Shown here piece after piece: positions 20,901 to 31,809 of a stretch of 64,000 bases of DNA. Position 1 is the first letter of the stretch; the number at the start of each line of letters is the position of its first letter. The position numbers and the translations under genes are program-made. This stretch comes from a virus: the IMG/VR virus record IMGVR_UViG_3300008108_000016, positions 32,001 to 96,000 of that record; one strand, given 5' to 3'. The notes beneath the pieces were generated by a model, which was given only the letters and a program-made list of their open reading frames with translations, was not told the origin of the DNA and did not search any database.

Positions 20901-23900
20901 TCACAATAAACCCAATTGGTGAGGTAATGTCCTGCGGAAAGTTAACGGTATAAGTACCAACACCACCTAAAGTACCATTTATTTGATTTATAATTGTTGT
21001 CCCTAATAACACACTATCACCACTTAATACTAATCCAGGGAATAGGTCATTACTTGAAACTGATAATACCTCTAATGTAGTTCCTGATATTGTACAAGTT
21101 CCATTTATTTGTGCCACAGAACTGAAAGCTCTAACTCCCTGATAGAAGACATTAAAATCGTCAATAACTTTTGGATAGAATCCCGTATTAATATATGTTT
21201 GTGTTAATGATCCACTTACGATATCATCTTGTAATATCATATTATATGGATTACCATCAATTTGTAATTGGTAATTTGTTGTACTTGCACTTGTTAAAGG
21301 ATCAAAATTATCCAAATAATTAAAATCACCCCAAACCTCATCTAAAAAGTCTACACCATTATTTATCCAATTTTTGTATCTATGCCATATACCACCATAT
21401 TTTAATACCCAAGCATATGGTAATTTATGAATCGCACCATACTTCTTAATTGTAGAAACAATATAATCTAAATCATTTGAGCTTTGATTTTCATTATATT
21501 CTTTATATTTTTCTCTTAAAGTTCCAAGCGGTAAACTATTCAAAAATAAATAAGCCGCTGATTTATATGGATAAAGATCATTTAAATTATACCTGTAATT
21601 ATAAACACCTTTTTGAATTGCATTTATAAAATATGGCGTATTCAACATTGAGGTCGTTTGATTTTCCACTAATTTGTTTGTGTAATCAAAATAGTTAACA
21701 TTACCTTCAGTTATATATTGATCTTTTATTTCTCTGTTCTCATAAAAAGATTCTAGATTTGTTAAATCAAGTGTTTGGGTAAAAACATTACTATTACTCT
21801 TATAACAAAAAGATGTTACCGGTTGTTTGTCTTTACCATTTTGAATAAAATTTGTTATTATTTTATGTGTATTATTGTATTCTAAAACCTGAGTCGTTTT
21901 AAATACTTGTTCAGCATTTTGGATCTGATTAGCATCTGCCAAATAATTATTTACCCAACCCAAATTTGTTATTGGATATAGATCAGTAAAATCATAGTTT
22001 TCAACTATATTTGAATCTCCAAAATATTTCTCAACCTGTTCAGTATTTTTTAGTGATGCTAATGGTTGAGATTTATCGTTATCAAATATATCTTGATTTA
22101 TTAATAAAAAGGGTGTATTAACATCATTTTTGATATATGGAGTATTAAACTCACCTCTAATATAATTTTGCCAAGAATCTCCAGATCCACCATTAGAAAT
22201 ATGCTTTAAGAAACCAACATAGTTAGAAGAATTTAAATCATACTCCTTAAGTTTTTTAGTTAAGAAAGGATTATCGCTCCCCAAAGCATTAATCATATTT
22301 AATACTTCCGATTCAGAATAAAATTCTGTCATATTATATAGGACATTTGAATCTCTCCCTAATTTACTATATAACGCATTTAATAGTAATCTTTCATATA
22401 TTTCATAGAAAAATTTAACTTCTTCCGTATTTTGATAAACTTCATTATCTATAGGGAATTCAATAGCATTAAAACTCAATCTATTTGGTTTTGTTTGAGC
22501 GTTTGATAATGTTTGTGGAAATTGTGGTGGAACCTCTCTTTCAATTGTTGCCTTCAAAAACTCTTCCACAAATTGGACTTCAGGCCATATTTCAGGTGAG
22601 TACGCCCTAATTTTAGCGGCAATAGAACTATTGCCAGGATAAACTAACTCATATTTATCTCCGTTATCTTTTAAATTGTTTTCAATAATTAATTGAGGCC
22701 AAGGATAAATTGGTGTATCTAACACTCCAATGTCTTTAATGTCAACACTATTAACCGTTGATGAGTTTGAATATATCGCCTGTTTACGATATATGTCATC
22801 CCTCAAGTCCCAAGCCTTTGTATGAACCTCATCCATTAATCTTAAAAACGCTTCACCTTGAGCAAAGAATACCGCAAGTACATTTCTTACAGTTGGTGTA
22901 AATCCTAATCCACCATCTTTAACGCTTTTTGATATTTGATTAGTAAGATCTTTTGTTAAACCTTCCTCTACCGATTGTTTATTTTTCTGATAATTTTCAG
23001 CAATAGTTGATGTTTTATCTAAAAAAGAATTTTTACCTTCAAAATAAAATTTAGGCCCATCATTAAACTGAGTGTTTAAGTAAGAAATAAATTGAGTATT
23101 TCCAGTTCCAGGTAGTTCTTTATTATTGTTCCTTTGAGAATATGTTCTTTTTTCATCAATATCATTGATTGTAAAATTAGAATAAAAAGTACTATTCTCA
23201 ATTTTATTTATATCTAAACTTATGTTAACGGGTATACTATTTGGTTTTCCATCACCCAAAGTATTATTACCTCTTAAACCTGAATTAAATTTTTTAACAA
23301 CACCAGAAAGTTCTGTTAATGCCGTTTGTCTTGCTTGTGGGTTATTATATTCTTTTTTAAATTGATAAATAACATACCCATTTTTTTGATTTGTTTGTGG
23401 TTTTGTTACAAATGGATTTTGGAAATCTAAATATTTTCTTGCCCATCCTCCGTCCGAGTCAGAATAATAATAAACATAACCTTCATATTGTCTTAATACT
23501 TCAGCGTAATCTTTAAGATCATTTAAGACATTTAGATTTGTTTTTGAGTATTTGTCAATGATACTGGTTAATACTTTGTTTAAATTCACCTTTAACTCTT
23601 GTATTGTTAATTCAGGGAAATTATCATCAATTAATCCTTTTGCCTTATATTCAGCATATAATTCTTTTATTTTAGAATACCCTCTACTAGACCAAGATTT
23701 TGTAACGGTACTATTTTTAGGTCCATTACCTGTTGAACTTTGATCTGTTATTGTAACACTTGATTGATACATTAATGGTGTTGCCCACATCGCTCTCCAA
23801 TTAATGTCGGACATTATTGTATATTTGTACGTATAAAGTTTTAAAGTTACTCTAAAATTGTGAGTCCCAGGATCAAAACTTGCGTTAAAACTCTGCAACA

Positions 23901-24525
23901 TTAATGGAAGTTTTATTGCCTTACCTAAATAACCTTTTAATGTAAGATAGAATAATGGATATGGTAGTTGGAAGAATGCGGCGTATGGTGAGTTATTACC
24001 TCCTTCAAATAAAGCCCTACCTTTTACATCTTCCAAGACAATGTCAATTACAGGTAAAAAGTCTAAACCATAAGATATGTTAATATTTGTTATACCTAAT
24101 AATCCAGTATCTATAGACCCAACATTACCATTTGATAGTGTTGTCTGTCTAAAAAAATAATCATTATCTTTACCTTCTATTGGAATTTGATCTATTCTTT
24201 GTTGATTGATCCCTTTACCAATTAATGTATCTTTACCTGTTATCTCATCAGACCAATCAGTATTTAAAAATTTATTTCCACCCGGATTTAAAAAATTAAT
24301 TTTACCAACAGATATTGTTCTTACACTATCTTCTAAAGGAACCCCAAGAGCCAATTTAGTTCTTGGTAAAACCGAGCATTCCAAATTAGCGTAAAAAACA
24401 AGATTTTCTTGATTTATAAGTCTTTCCTTTGCATTACCATTCTCATCAATAATCTTGTTTGGATCAATTACAGATATGTTTTGGTAATCAAATTCTACTA
24501 ATATATTTTCTCCGTTATCTACCAT
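17971..24525 (-). CDS. Giant baseplate hub-like protein (gp27 / late control D-like), 2184 aa
   Basis: N-terminal LLGITNINISY...LEDVKGRALF and C-terminal SYKCSIDMMGNALIQPTMYFNL..FSGPYMITKVTHRIS..GFDTTFEGQR are typical of hub proteins; follows the gp53-like gene. Confidence 0.6.
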   Translation of the reverse strand: MVDNGENILVEFDYQNISVIDPNKIIDENGNAKERLINQENLVFYANLECSVLPRTKLALGVPLEDSVRTISVGKINFLNPGGNKFLNTDWSDEITGKDTLIGKGINQQRIDQIPIEGKDNDYFFRQTTLSNGNVGSIDTGLLGITNINISYGLDFLPVIDIVLEDVKGRALFEGGNNSPYAAFFQLPYPLFYLTLKGYLGKAIKLPLMLQSFNASFDPGTHNFRVTLKLYTYKYTIMSDINWRAMWATPLMYQSSVTITDQSSTGNGPKNSTVTKSWSSRGYSKIKELYAEYKAKGLIDDNFPELTIQELKVNLNKVLTSIIDKYSKTNLNVLNDLKDYAEVLRQYEGYVYYYSDSDGGWARKYLDFQNPFVTKPQTNQKNGYVIYQFKKEYNNPQARQTALTELSGVVKKFNSGLRGNNTLGDGKPNSIPVNISLDINKIENSTFYSNFTINDIDEKRTYSQRNNNKELPGTGNTQFISYLNTQFNDGPKFYFEGKNSFLDKTSTIAENYQKNKQSVEEGLTKDLTNQISKSVKDGGLGFTPTVRNVLAVFFAQGEAFLRLMDEVHTKAWDLRDDIYRKQAIYSNSSTVNSVDIKDIGVLDTPIYPWPQLIIENNLKDNGDKYELVYPGNSSIAAKIRAYSPEIWPEVQFVEEFLKATIEREVPPQFPQTLSNAQTKPNRLSFNAIEFPIDNEVYQNTEEVKFFYEIYERLLLNALYSKLGRDSNVLYNMTEFYSESEVLNMINALGSDNPFLTKKLKEYDLNSSNYVGFLKHISNGGSGDSWQNYIRGEFNTPYIKNDVNTPFLLINQDIFDNDKSQPLASLKNTEQVEKYFGDSNIVENYDFTDLYPITNLGWVNNYLADANQIQNAEQVFKTTQVLEYNNTHKIITNFIQNGKDKQPVTSFCYKSNSNVFTQTLDLTNLESFYENREIKDQYITEGNVNYFDYTNKLVENQTTSMLNTPYFINAIQKGVYNYRYNLNDLYPYKSAAYLFLNSLPLGTLREKYKEYNENQSSNDLDYIVSTIKKYGAIHKLPYAWVLKYGGIWHRYKNWINNGVDFLDEVWGDFNYLDNFDPLTSASTTNYQLQIDGNPYNMILQDDIVSGSLTQTYINTGFYPKVIDDFNVFYQGVRAFSSVAQINGTCTISGTTLEVLSVSSNDLFPGLVLSGDSVLLGTTIINQINGTLGGVGTYTVNFPQDITSPIGFIVTNYSVAGYTSSSIQDAINNGLYVKKTTTSNIVKSAGFDNGNPNRSLQITPWSCYIETSDGTGVYPLPSFGSRVNQTNDECFKTNGELFTEVKDNPAMYNGSVRLFWKAPNYGYFDNGKLTKPTPEKYLKQIFNNESQQQSFSINGASDDYTSISEMFTTFDKEILDILETEFLNFSRSVYDFTNTLPETSPVDPTSYKVEQNFQALMRQVMKLTKPVGNVLNGDVIIDEIQELQISNFSKYISNFMEYKVTVKHGNPSFFDRKLFYTFSTQYIEDPYTYQGYFQGSPNSLPTAGGSLTLAQSKTQNPQTWRDLETYVGFSEIPELAYTDNGSYITDFFVDMNVEFTETSVKTFAPIVKIYATQKLKNPNITPTEFYGLMNDYLNKNTTYINTLLNIELTNLRKKLPSVNVSPVNNNVRADRVEGEQTRYETWELFKSINDKWISGGDFKTKTLFEDVLIVDRASRDVGQQVYVDVFKLKNLIESSDYKNSLLSIVNTILTENNFVSFSLPAYANFYNVRDVSKNPTPKPEGTLEFANSLFGTFLNVDYRETSPKFLCIYAWKPSQHLNLNENVDYRYRDDAFDLRRSSDNPLLENLTNKTNWDKSNKVVGFNVDIGPQNQQIFKQFDISQDPGQPTAESLEVLNQMANLSRNRAGYSQSVSLYNVYKNRSYKCSIDMMGNALIQPTMYFNLRNVPMFSGPYMITKVTHRISENGFDTTFEGQRQPFYSIPKIETYIQSLTTNILKNIQEQITEKDRESQKNQLNTISQTSGKVNDAKRTNNATLSSNQNCSTYLAEAYKNYTVDENITKTNINKKTAAQTITNIMNTEFKIPENEAKKVGGFIYGIMTLMLSPVEKFETYGNNYSLIPLTKPFGEGLDNIMTSKYFCQASENLPIATFNTFESYVRFMISKYITSINGINFNNNDVYYSQGLTKFYMDNYPSKENADLFDKLIEQDKSTIENIFESAYKEYIQLIS

Positions 24526-24838
24526 AATAGAAGAAGTGGTTATCTAATGTTGTTTTATAGTCTTGTAAAGAACCTAATAAAGGAAAAGGAATTGTCAATA
24601 CCGCACCATCGGGTATATTAAATTCAAGTCCAGTGTATTGAGGGTTTGCCAACATTATTAACCAACCAAAAAATGGTGAACCATAATATTGTTGTGAAAC
24701 CTTATCTAATCTTGATATACCAACTTTATAAATATAGTTCTTGTCTGATGATTTTTTTGGTAAATTAACATACGGGACAACAGTCTGTTCTCCATTTAAA
24801 ATAAATTGACTATATCTATTATAATACTGTAGTGCCAT
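24515..24838 (-). CDS. LysM-like baseplate wedge protein (T4 gp53 / P2 gpX-like)
   Basis: RLDKVSQQYYGSPFFGWLIMLANP...IPDGAVLTIP. Confidence 0.75.
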   Translation of the reverse strand: MALQYYNRYSQFILNGEQTVVPYVNLPKKSSDKNYIYKVGISRLDKVSQQYYGSPFFGWLIMLANPQYTGLEFNIPDGAVLTIPFPLLGSLQDYKTTLDNHFFYYGR

Positions 24839-27800
24839 TATACAAATTTAACTTTACCATTATATGTTTTATTACTTACATTCACATTAACATCTGAATA
24901 TAAATTTTTTAATCTATTCTTTTTCTGTAAATTATTACCAATGTTATCGGTTGTATAAGAAACTTTAGTATCAAATTCAGTTATAGTAAAAGTTTCAAAT
25001 TGTTTATATACTTCACCTTTTTCTATGTCATCAAATTTTTTAATTTCGGCATCATGTTCTTTTTTGTGTTGCAATTTAATTTCCTCACAAGTTTGTTTTA
25101 TCGCCTCAATTAAACTTTGATTATCTTTAACTTTATCAACAGAAGTTATTGAATCAACAAATGTATTATATTTATTATCATCTGTAAAAATTGAAGACAT
25201 AACCATATAGAATCTGTTATTAGCATTTATAGAAATATTGGTTGACGTATCAACAGGAACAAAAAGATTATTTTTTTCATTATAAACATTAGTATTAAAT
25301 ATCATTCCATTTAAAAATGAAATATCGTACCCAAGCAAAGCTCCACCAACATCAGTAATGTAAGTGTTTCGTATTTCGTTAATAACACTATCACCACTTA
25401 TCAACGTATAAACTTTATAATCTCCACCACCTAATTTAATACCATCAAAACTATCAGATATCACATCCATTTTTCTTAATGTGTAATTATAGTTTTCTTG
25501 ATATGATGTCATTGTGTTAAGTGGGGTAATAATAGTTAAATTTATCTCTTCTTGCATTTTTGCAACTTCTTCTTGTATCTTTGTTTCTAAATTTCTAATT
25601 TGTGCGTTTGTAGCATTATTCTGTGTTTTATATTTATCTTTATTTGATGTTATTGGATCATTATTTAATTTTACATCATCTAATGTTGCTTCTATCAAAC
25701 TTTTAACTCTTTTTTCAATAGAATTAGATTTACCATAAAGTGGTATGTTAGGTTGAGAATCGTTATACTCACTTATTTCACCTGTTGAAAAGTCTCTATC
25801 CAAATAAGCCAATCCCATAATACCATAATTTGTGGTATTTGTTATTGTTTTCAACTGATTGAATATTGTTTTAAAATAGTTTTGTGTTCCGTTTGATAAT
25901 TCGGTTATTAATGATTTATATTCTATCTCACCAGTTTCAAAAGATCCGTCATTTTGAAGATTTGTAGATAATATCGTACCTACAGTACCTCCTCCAATTT
26001 GTGGTTGTTGATTATTTTCCTGATTAGTCGTTACGGGAGCAATTGTTGTACTACCACCTTTTACTATTTTTTCAACCAATTGAGCGTCTCTTTCGCTAGT
26101 ATCTTCAGTTGCAATAGATCTTTCATCATATATTTCAGTATTACCATAATAATTAAATGATAATGCGTTTTGTAATTCTTTAACCGGACCAGCTAATCCG
26201 TGTCCACCAATAAAATCAAAATTTAAAGTTATTTTTGCAATCATTGGTTGTACACCAATTCCTTCAGGATTTATGTCAAAAACTAATGGTTCATAACTTA
26301 TACTCAATGAGTTTGGAACTATTTTAGTATGATAAAAATCACCAATTCTTAATACTAATATTGGTGGAGCACCAAAAGCAGTATTTAACGAATCATTATA
26401 TTTTGGTTTACCATCAGGCCCAATAACAGGTATTGTTTGACCTGGTCTCATACATTGTTGTAAAAACGTTAATCTACTATTTAATCCTTCAGGTGTTGTT
26501 GAGTGGAAAGCCGGACTGAAATATCTAATCTTATCTCTTAAACTATCATATATCATAGGATCTGACTCCTTGATAACATCAAAGTAATCACATTCAGAAA
26601 ATAAATGTCTTAATATTTTTTTAGATATACCATCTTTAACTTTTTGTATTGGATCAGGATTTGGTACAGGTTTAATAGGCGGTATATCCTTATTCAAATT
26701 TGCGTTAGAATCATCTTGAGTTTTATTTTCTTCCTCAACCGTTACATTGTTTTCAATTTTTTCAACAGGTTTTCCAATTGTCGCTATTATCCCATTTATT
26801 TTTACTCTACGACAAGCCATAGCAGGAACAGAATACCATTCTCCACCATTTCTATTAATTGGGCCGTTTGGTGTATTATCTCTAATATTTACACCACAAT
26901 TTATTTTAAATTGAGATCCTCCATCCTTTCCAATAGGACTTACTTCAGCGGTTTCTCCCTGTGGGACTGTCTTTATCATTAGTTTCTGATCTTTTATTAA
27001 TTGATCAAAACTTGTCCCGTCAATGTTTTGTTTTTTAAACCATTTAATAACTGAATCAATTCTTCTATCAGATAAATATTGATTATATTGTACCTCTTGT
27101 ATTGGTGATGCCGACCCAAACATCTCAAGTGTAACTGTACCTTTTTTATCAATAATAATTTCTTTTATTTTTGGTAAAAATTCATTTTTAATTTTTTCAA
27201 AATTATAAATTACCGTATCATCAAAAAATTTCTGTATACCTTCTTTTGTGAATGGTTCAGTGCTTCCTGACGCATAACATTTTTCAGGAGCCTTAGTAAC
27301 ATAAGCACTATCTCTTAAACTAAGATAAAAATTATAATATTGTTCATAATCATAATTTTGGTTTGCACCTTGATTACTATATGCCCCTCTACCAAGTGGT
27401 CCTGCGATTTTCCATTCAGCAGGATCTTGAGGATTCTGTATGTCAGGATTATAATATGGAGAATCATTTTCAAAATAAAATGAATAATTTAAAAATCCGT
27501 TAAGATCTGAACAACTAATTTGTTCTTCAGGTGAAGATTCAATAGTAGTTTGACTATCTGGTTGAGTACCTTGTTGTGTATCGTCACTTCCTCCATTACC
27601 ACCTGCGGTTGGTTCACTCGGTATTTGACTCAATATTATATCCGCCTCTTCTTTTGTGGTTCTCGGATCGTTTAATAATTGTTGATAAGTATATAACTGA
27701 CTTGTTGGTATTGTATTAAACTTTAACGCTAAATCATATATATCATATTTAACACATCCCGCAAAAAATGAATCCATAATTGAGTTAACCTCATCCGCCT

Positions 27801-29928
27801 TTCTACCTTTTAATTGTTGACGAATGATTGTATTCATTACAGATGGGTGATCCACAACTATTTTCCAACTTAAACTACCTGTTCTTTGGGTGTTTTTATA
27901 TGTAAAAATTGGTTCGGGTCTACCTAAAAATGATGTCGGATTCCAATTCGCTCTACTATCTTCACTAAATGAAATATCATATGGTGGGAACCACATTATT
28001 CTACCTCCATTTGGGCCTTTTTCACAAGTCGGTAAATCATCATATCTAAAATTAGGTTCACTTGATGTTCTCCAAGCTAAATTCTCAATTGAGAACATAT
28101 ATTTTTTAACTTTATTATCTATGATGTTTGTTGATCCAGGATTTCTTAATGGTGCAATATTTAAATTGTATGTATTATCAAGAACTGAATTATGGAATTT
28201 TCTTCCTGATATTGTTATACCATCCGTTTTTTGTAAATCCGCATATGTAAAGTATGGTGTATCTTTTTGGAAAACACGACAATATTCTCTACCAACTTCA
28301 AACCCACTAACACCAATCGTATTATCATTAGTTGATGAATCATAATAAGCAATAACTTGAGATCCTTTTGTCATTTCTTTATATCCGTCATTGAATACTT
28401 TAGATACCTGACTTATCGCATTACCAACGTGTTTTAATCTTTTTGCCCCTTGTACATTATCAGCAGCATTAATTATTCTTTGGGTATTATCAAGTATAGA
28501 TCCACCTTTATACTCAATCTCAGTTGATTGATTTTGACTATATTGAGATTCAATAATATTAAATTCATCATCTTTCTCAAATACTTCACCCCCTCTACCA
28601 ACTTTAAATCCCGCATCAGGTTTATATTTAGGTGATGTCCAAACAAATTTACCATCAATACCATCTCCATCTTGAAATGATTTTGCCGCTAAACCAAAGT
28701 TTATCTTTCCTTCATTACCCTCATATAGTTTACCTAATTCATCAGGCCCATAAACAATGGTTGCTTGTTGTTTACCAAACCTATCAACAGCAATTTCATT
28801 TGCGGGTGATGTAATTTGTGATGGTTCAGAAGTAACACTACCAACATAGTATCCTCCACCACCTTCACTTCCCTTGAATAGATTGTTGATTGCACTTGAT
28901 ACTCCTTGAATTAGGTTCTTTTGGTACTGTGGTCTATATAAATTATAATCTAAATTTGCAAATAATATTGATTGTTGACCATTTCCAGTATTTGCTAAAA
29001 ATATCTCTGACGGGTTTCTATATTTATTTAGGATTGGACCTAAAGCTCCACCCGTTAAATTGTTTGCAACATTTAATCCATTTGGTACATTTCCAATTGG
29101 ATCGTCTTCATTAAAATAATCACCAGGTATAAATGAAACAGGGAAATAAGTTCCCGATAATCTATTTGCAAATGATACCGCCGCTAATGCGGGATTTTCA
29201 GGGACAGTAATTTTCCAATTTTTTATAAAAAATGGTTGTTGACCTGTCGCCAATAAACTCGCACTAAATGGATCTGATAATGTATCCAAATTAATTGACC
29301 CTATAGTCAATTGTTCTAATTCGGTTGCTATTCTATCTTCAAAATATCCTTTTAATTGAGCCGCACCAATTTTTGCAAGATATGAATCTTGAGATAGTAA
29401 ACCATCACTTCCATTTGGATTATTACTTGTTAATATTTCATATGGACTATAAACCGATGGGACGAATATTGACGGATCCCAATATGGTAAATAAAATTTA
29501 TTTGATGTAATAACATCAGTTATAATAACCAAATCTTTATAACCAGATTCAGGACCATATTTATTTTGGATATAAGCGGCATCAATATAAAATTCATTAA
29601 CTAAATCCAATATTGTGTCATTAGGATCATAAGGACCTTTATTAGACTCCACAGGGTATGGTGCACCAGGTATTGTATACTTACCAATAAATCCACCATC
29701 GGGTCCGTATTCGTTTAACGGATAAAGTTGTTGTGCAAATTGATTTGTTGAGATATATACATCAGGAGAATCAATTACATTACTATTATTTAATGGTGAA
29801 ACTTCATAGGTAACATTTCCTGCAGGAGGAGTATAAACCCCTTGTACTTGATATGGGGCTAAATTTCTAGCAATTAATGTGTTTCTAAATGATGCCGATG
29901 AAGCAAATGATAATACACTATCTGACAT
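24838..29928 (-). CDS. Large tail-tube-initiator-like protein (gp48/gp54-like) with an inserted OmpA-like domain, 1696 aa
   Basis: WFPPYDISFSEDSRANW..FLGRPEPIFTYKNTQR and PPILVLRIGDFY..SLSISYE halves flank an OmpA_C-like GSASP..YNQYLSDRRIDSV..CRRVKI domain; follows the tape measure gene. Confidence 0.6.
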   Translation of the reverse strand: MSDSVLSFASSASFRNTLIARNLAPYQVQGVYTPPAGNVTYEVSPLNNSNVIDSPDVYISTNQFAQQLYPLNEYGPDGGFIGKYTIPGAPYPVESNKGPYDPNDTILDLVNEFYIDAAYIQNKYGPESGYKDLVIITDVITSNKFYLPYWDPSIFVPSVYSPYEILTSNNPNGSDGLLSQDSYLAKIGAAQLKGYFEDRIATELEQLTIGSINLDTLSDPFSASLLATGQQPFFIKNWKITVPENPALAAVSFANRLSGTYFPVSFIPGDYFNEDDPIGNVPNGLNVANNLTGGALGPILNKYRNPSEIFLANTGNGQQSILFANLDYNLYRPQYQKNLIQGVSSAINNLFKGSEGGGGYYVGSVTSEPSQITSPANEIAVDRFGKQQATIVYGPDELGKLYEGNEGKINFGLAAKSFQDGDGIDGKFVWTSPKYKPDAGFKVGRGGEVFEKDDEFNIIESQYSQNQSTEIEYKGGSILDNTQRIINAADNVQGAKRLKHVGNAISQVSKVFNDGYKEMTKGSQVIAYYDSSTNDNTIGVSGFEVGREYCRVFQKDTPYFTYADLQKTDGITISGRKFHNSVLDNTYNLNIAPLRNPGSTNIIDNKVKKYMFSIENLAWRTSSEPNFRYDDLPTCEKGPNGGRIMWFPPYDISFSEDSRANWNPTSFLGRPEPIFTYKNTQRTGSLSWKIVVDHPSVMNTIIRQQLKGRKADEVNSIMDSFFAGCVKYDIYDLALKFNTIPTSQLYTYQQLLNDPRTTKEEADIILSQIPSEPTAGGNGGSDDTQQGTQPDSQTTIESSPEEQISCSDLNGFLNYSFYFENDSPYYNPDIQNPQDPAEWKIAGPLGRGAYSNQGANQNYDYEQYYNFYLSLRDSAYVTKAPEKCYASGSTEPFTKEGIQKFFDDTVIYNFEKIKNEFLPKIKEIIIDKKGTVTLEMFGSASPIQEVQYNQYLSDRRIDSVIKWFKKQNIDGTSFDQLIKDQKLMIKTVPQGETAEVSPIGKDGGSQFKINCGVNIRDNTPNGPINRNGGEWYSVPAMACRRVKINGIIATIGKPVEKIENNVTVEEENKTQDDSNANLNKDIPPIKPVPNPDPIQKVKDGISKKILRHLFSECDYFDVIKESDPMIYDSLRDKIRYFSPAFHSTTPEGLNSRLTFLQQCMRPGQTIPVIGPDGKPKYNDSLNTAFGAPPILVLRIGDFYHTKIVPNSLSISYEPLVFDINPEGIGVQPMIAKITLNFDFIGGHGLAGPVKELQNALSFNYYGNTEIYDERSIATEDTSERDAQLVEKIVKGGSTTIAPVTTNQENNQQPQIGGGTVGTILSTNLQNDGSFETGEIEYKSLITELSNGTQNYFKTIFNQLKTITNTTNYGIMGLAYLDRDFSTGEISEYNDSQPNIPLYGKSNSIEKRVKSLIEATLDDVKLNNDPITSNKDKYKTQNNATNAQIRNLETKIQEEVAKMQEEINLTIITPLNTMTSYQENYNYTLRKMDVISDSFDGIKLGGGDYKVYTLISGDSVINEIRNTYITDVGGALLGYDISFLNGMIFNTNVYNEKNNLFVPVDTSTNISINANNRFYMVMSSIFTDDNKYNTFVDSITSVDKVKDNQSLIEAIKQTCEEIKLQHKKEHDAEIKKFDDIEKGEVYKQFETFTITEFDTKVSYTTDNIGNNLQKKNRLKNLYSDVNVNVSNKTYNGKVKFV

Positions 29929-29983
29929 ATAATATCTTTATCTTATAAATACCTAATTTGTATTTTTTTATTGTAAAAAAGTG

Positions 29984-31774
29984 TTATGCTATTAACCCAG
30001 TGTTAATATTTTTAGCGGTCTTAACTATAGCATCCGCATTAATAGGATTTGATGCCCATTCTGTCATTATTTTTGTAACTTCAGCGGACGTTAAATTAGG
30101 CGGTACTTTTGAAAAATCAAAAACGTGAGTTAATTGTATGTTTTGTGCGGTTTCAGTGGCAGTATTTATTCTTGTATTTGTTGATGAAATATTGGTTGCC
30201 GGACTTGTTATTGTATTTGTTGTTGCCGGTGTTGCGGTTGTTGTTCCTAATATATTTGACATATCAGGTAAATAATTTGTAACTCCTTTAATTTTATCAC
30301 CAATACCATTAATAATATTTTGAAACCCGCTTGTATCAATTCCCATAACGGCAGTATCAAGCGTTTCCATTAATTTCTTCATAACATTATCAAAATCTTT
30401 ACTAACCAATTCAGGGGTAACAAATTTTCCTTTTTCAACAGTACTAATGATTGTATCAGTCGCTTCTTTATAACCTTTTTGCGCCGGCACTGATTTTGCA
30501 ACACCATAAGTAATACTCGTCACCAATCTATCAATTGATGTGTTTAATTGAACCAATTGTGATAATTGATTTCTTGCAATTCCTTCCGCGGTTTCTCCTT
30601 GTAGTAATTGTTCGTCTTTTAATGATTTTATCTCATTAGCAGTTAATTGTCCGACTTCTTTTGTAATATATTCACCTGTCCATTCACCTGTCTTTTCATC
30701 AACTTCTCTAACTTGTATTTGTGCTTTTCCACCTTCATCAATCTGAGCCATGCTCGCAATTAATTCTCTATCCTCTTCTTTTATATCAGGGGAGAATTTA
30801 ATTTGTTTTAACTTCATATCAAAATTAGCAGCATTAAGTGCCATTTTCTGAAGTTCACCTCCCGTCATTCCTATTGACTTGGCGATTTCATTCATCTGTC
30901 TTTTTGCTCCAGGTAATATCTCAAATTGTTTTGTCTGCTCATTAAATCTTGTGAACTGTTTTGTCATATCAACAATTTGATTCTGAAGTTCAGTTGGGTC
31001 ATTTTGTGCTAAATCCATTAATCTTAATGGATCCAATAATTCACTTGTTTGAACTCCCAATCTTTGTAAACTAGCAGCAAAATCAATAGCACCTTCAGGA
31101 TCAAATACTTTTTCTGTTATTTCAAATATTTTACCCATATCAATACCTAAACGAGATGCTTGAGCCGCCATTTTCGCAAGACCTTTAACCCCTCCTTCAA
31201 AATTGAATAGGTTCATCTTATCCAAATTTTTAACAACCCCCGCAGAAACACTTCCAACGGTAACACCAGCCTGATTTGCGATTTTAGCAACATCAACCAT
31301 TCTTTCCCCAATTTGAGATATAGGTACTCCAACATCTTGAAAAGATTTTGCCATAACCTTTCCTTCTTGACCTGTTATCTTTGCGGTTGCGGCAAGCTCA
31401 ACAAGTTGGTCATCAGTCAAACTTAAATTAACATTGAATGCATTAACTAAATCTTTATAATCGTCAGTAACATCACTAGCCTTTAAACCTAATTCAAGAT
31501 ATCTCGGTATTGTATCGGCAATTGTTGACGTTAATTCTTGTCCTCTTTTGGAACCAACCCCTAAAACTTGAATTAATTGTGCGGATTTAGCGTCAAGATC
31601 TAATATTGCTCTACCAATTTTTTGTGGGACTGACGCAATTTCACTTACTAAATTATTTAAGATGTTAGTAGGTTTTTCCCAAAATTCACCTAGTTTTTTT
31701 ACCGCATCAAATTGTTCTGGATCATATCCAGATGAAGAATCCGCCTTAACACCACTATCTTGAAAAAACATCAT
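29984..31774 (-). CDS. Tape measure protein
   Basis: Ala/Gln/Met-rich helical sequence (GLAKMAAQASRLGIDM); canonical position after tube and chaperone. Confidence 0.7.
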   Translation of the reverse strand: MMFFQDSGVKADSSSGYDPEQFDAVKKLGEFWEKPTNILNNLVSEIASVPQKIGRAILDLDAKSAQLIQVLGVGSKRGQELTSTIADTIPRYLELGLKASDVTDDYKDLVNAFNVNLSLTDDQLVELAATAKITGQEGKVMAKSFQDVGVPISQIGERMVDVAKIANQAGVTVGSVSAGVVKNLDKMNLFNFEGGVKGLAKMAAQASRLGIDMGKIFEITEKVFDPEGAIDFAASLQRLGVQTSELLDPLRLMDLAQNDPTELQNQIVDMTKQFTRFNEQTKQFEILPGAKRQMNEIAKSIGMTGGELQKMALNAANFDMKLKQIKFSPDIKEEDRELIASMAQIDEGGKAQIQVREVDEKTGEWTGEYITKEVGQLTANEIKSLKDEQLLQGETAEGIARNQLSQLVQLNTSIDRLVTSITYGVAKSVPAQKGYKEATDTIISTVEKGKFVTPELVSKDFDNVMKKLMETLDTAVMGIDTSGFQNIINGIGDKIKGVTNYLPDMSNILGTTTATPATTNTITSPATNISSTNTRINTATETAQNIQLTHVFDFSKVPPNLTSAEVTKIMTEWASNPINADAIVKTAKNINTGLIA

Positions 31775-31809
31775 TTGTTATTATTTTATATATTGATAAA
31801 TATCAAATA

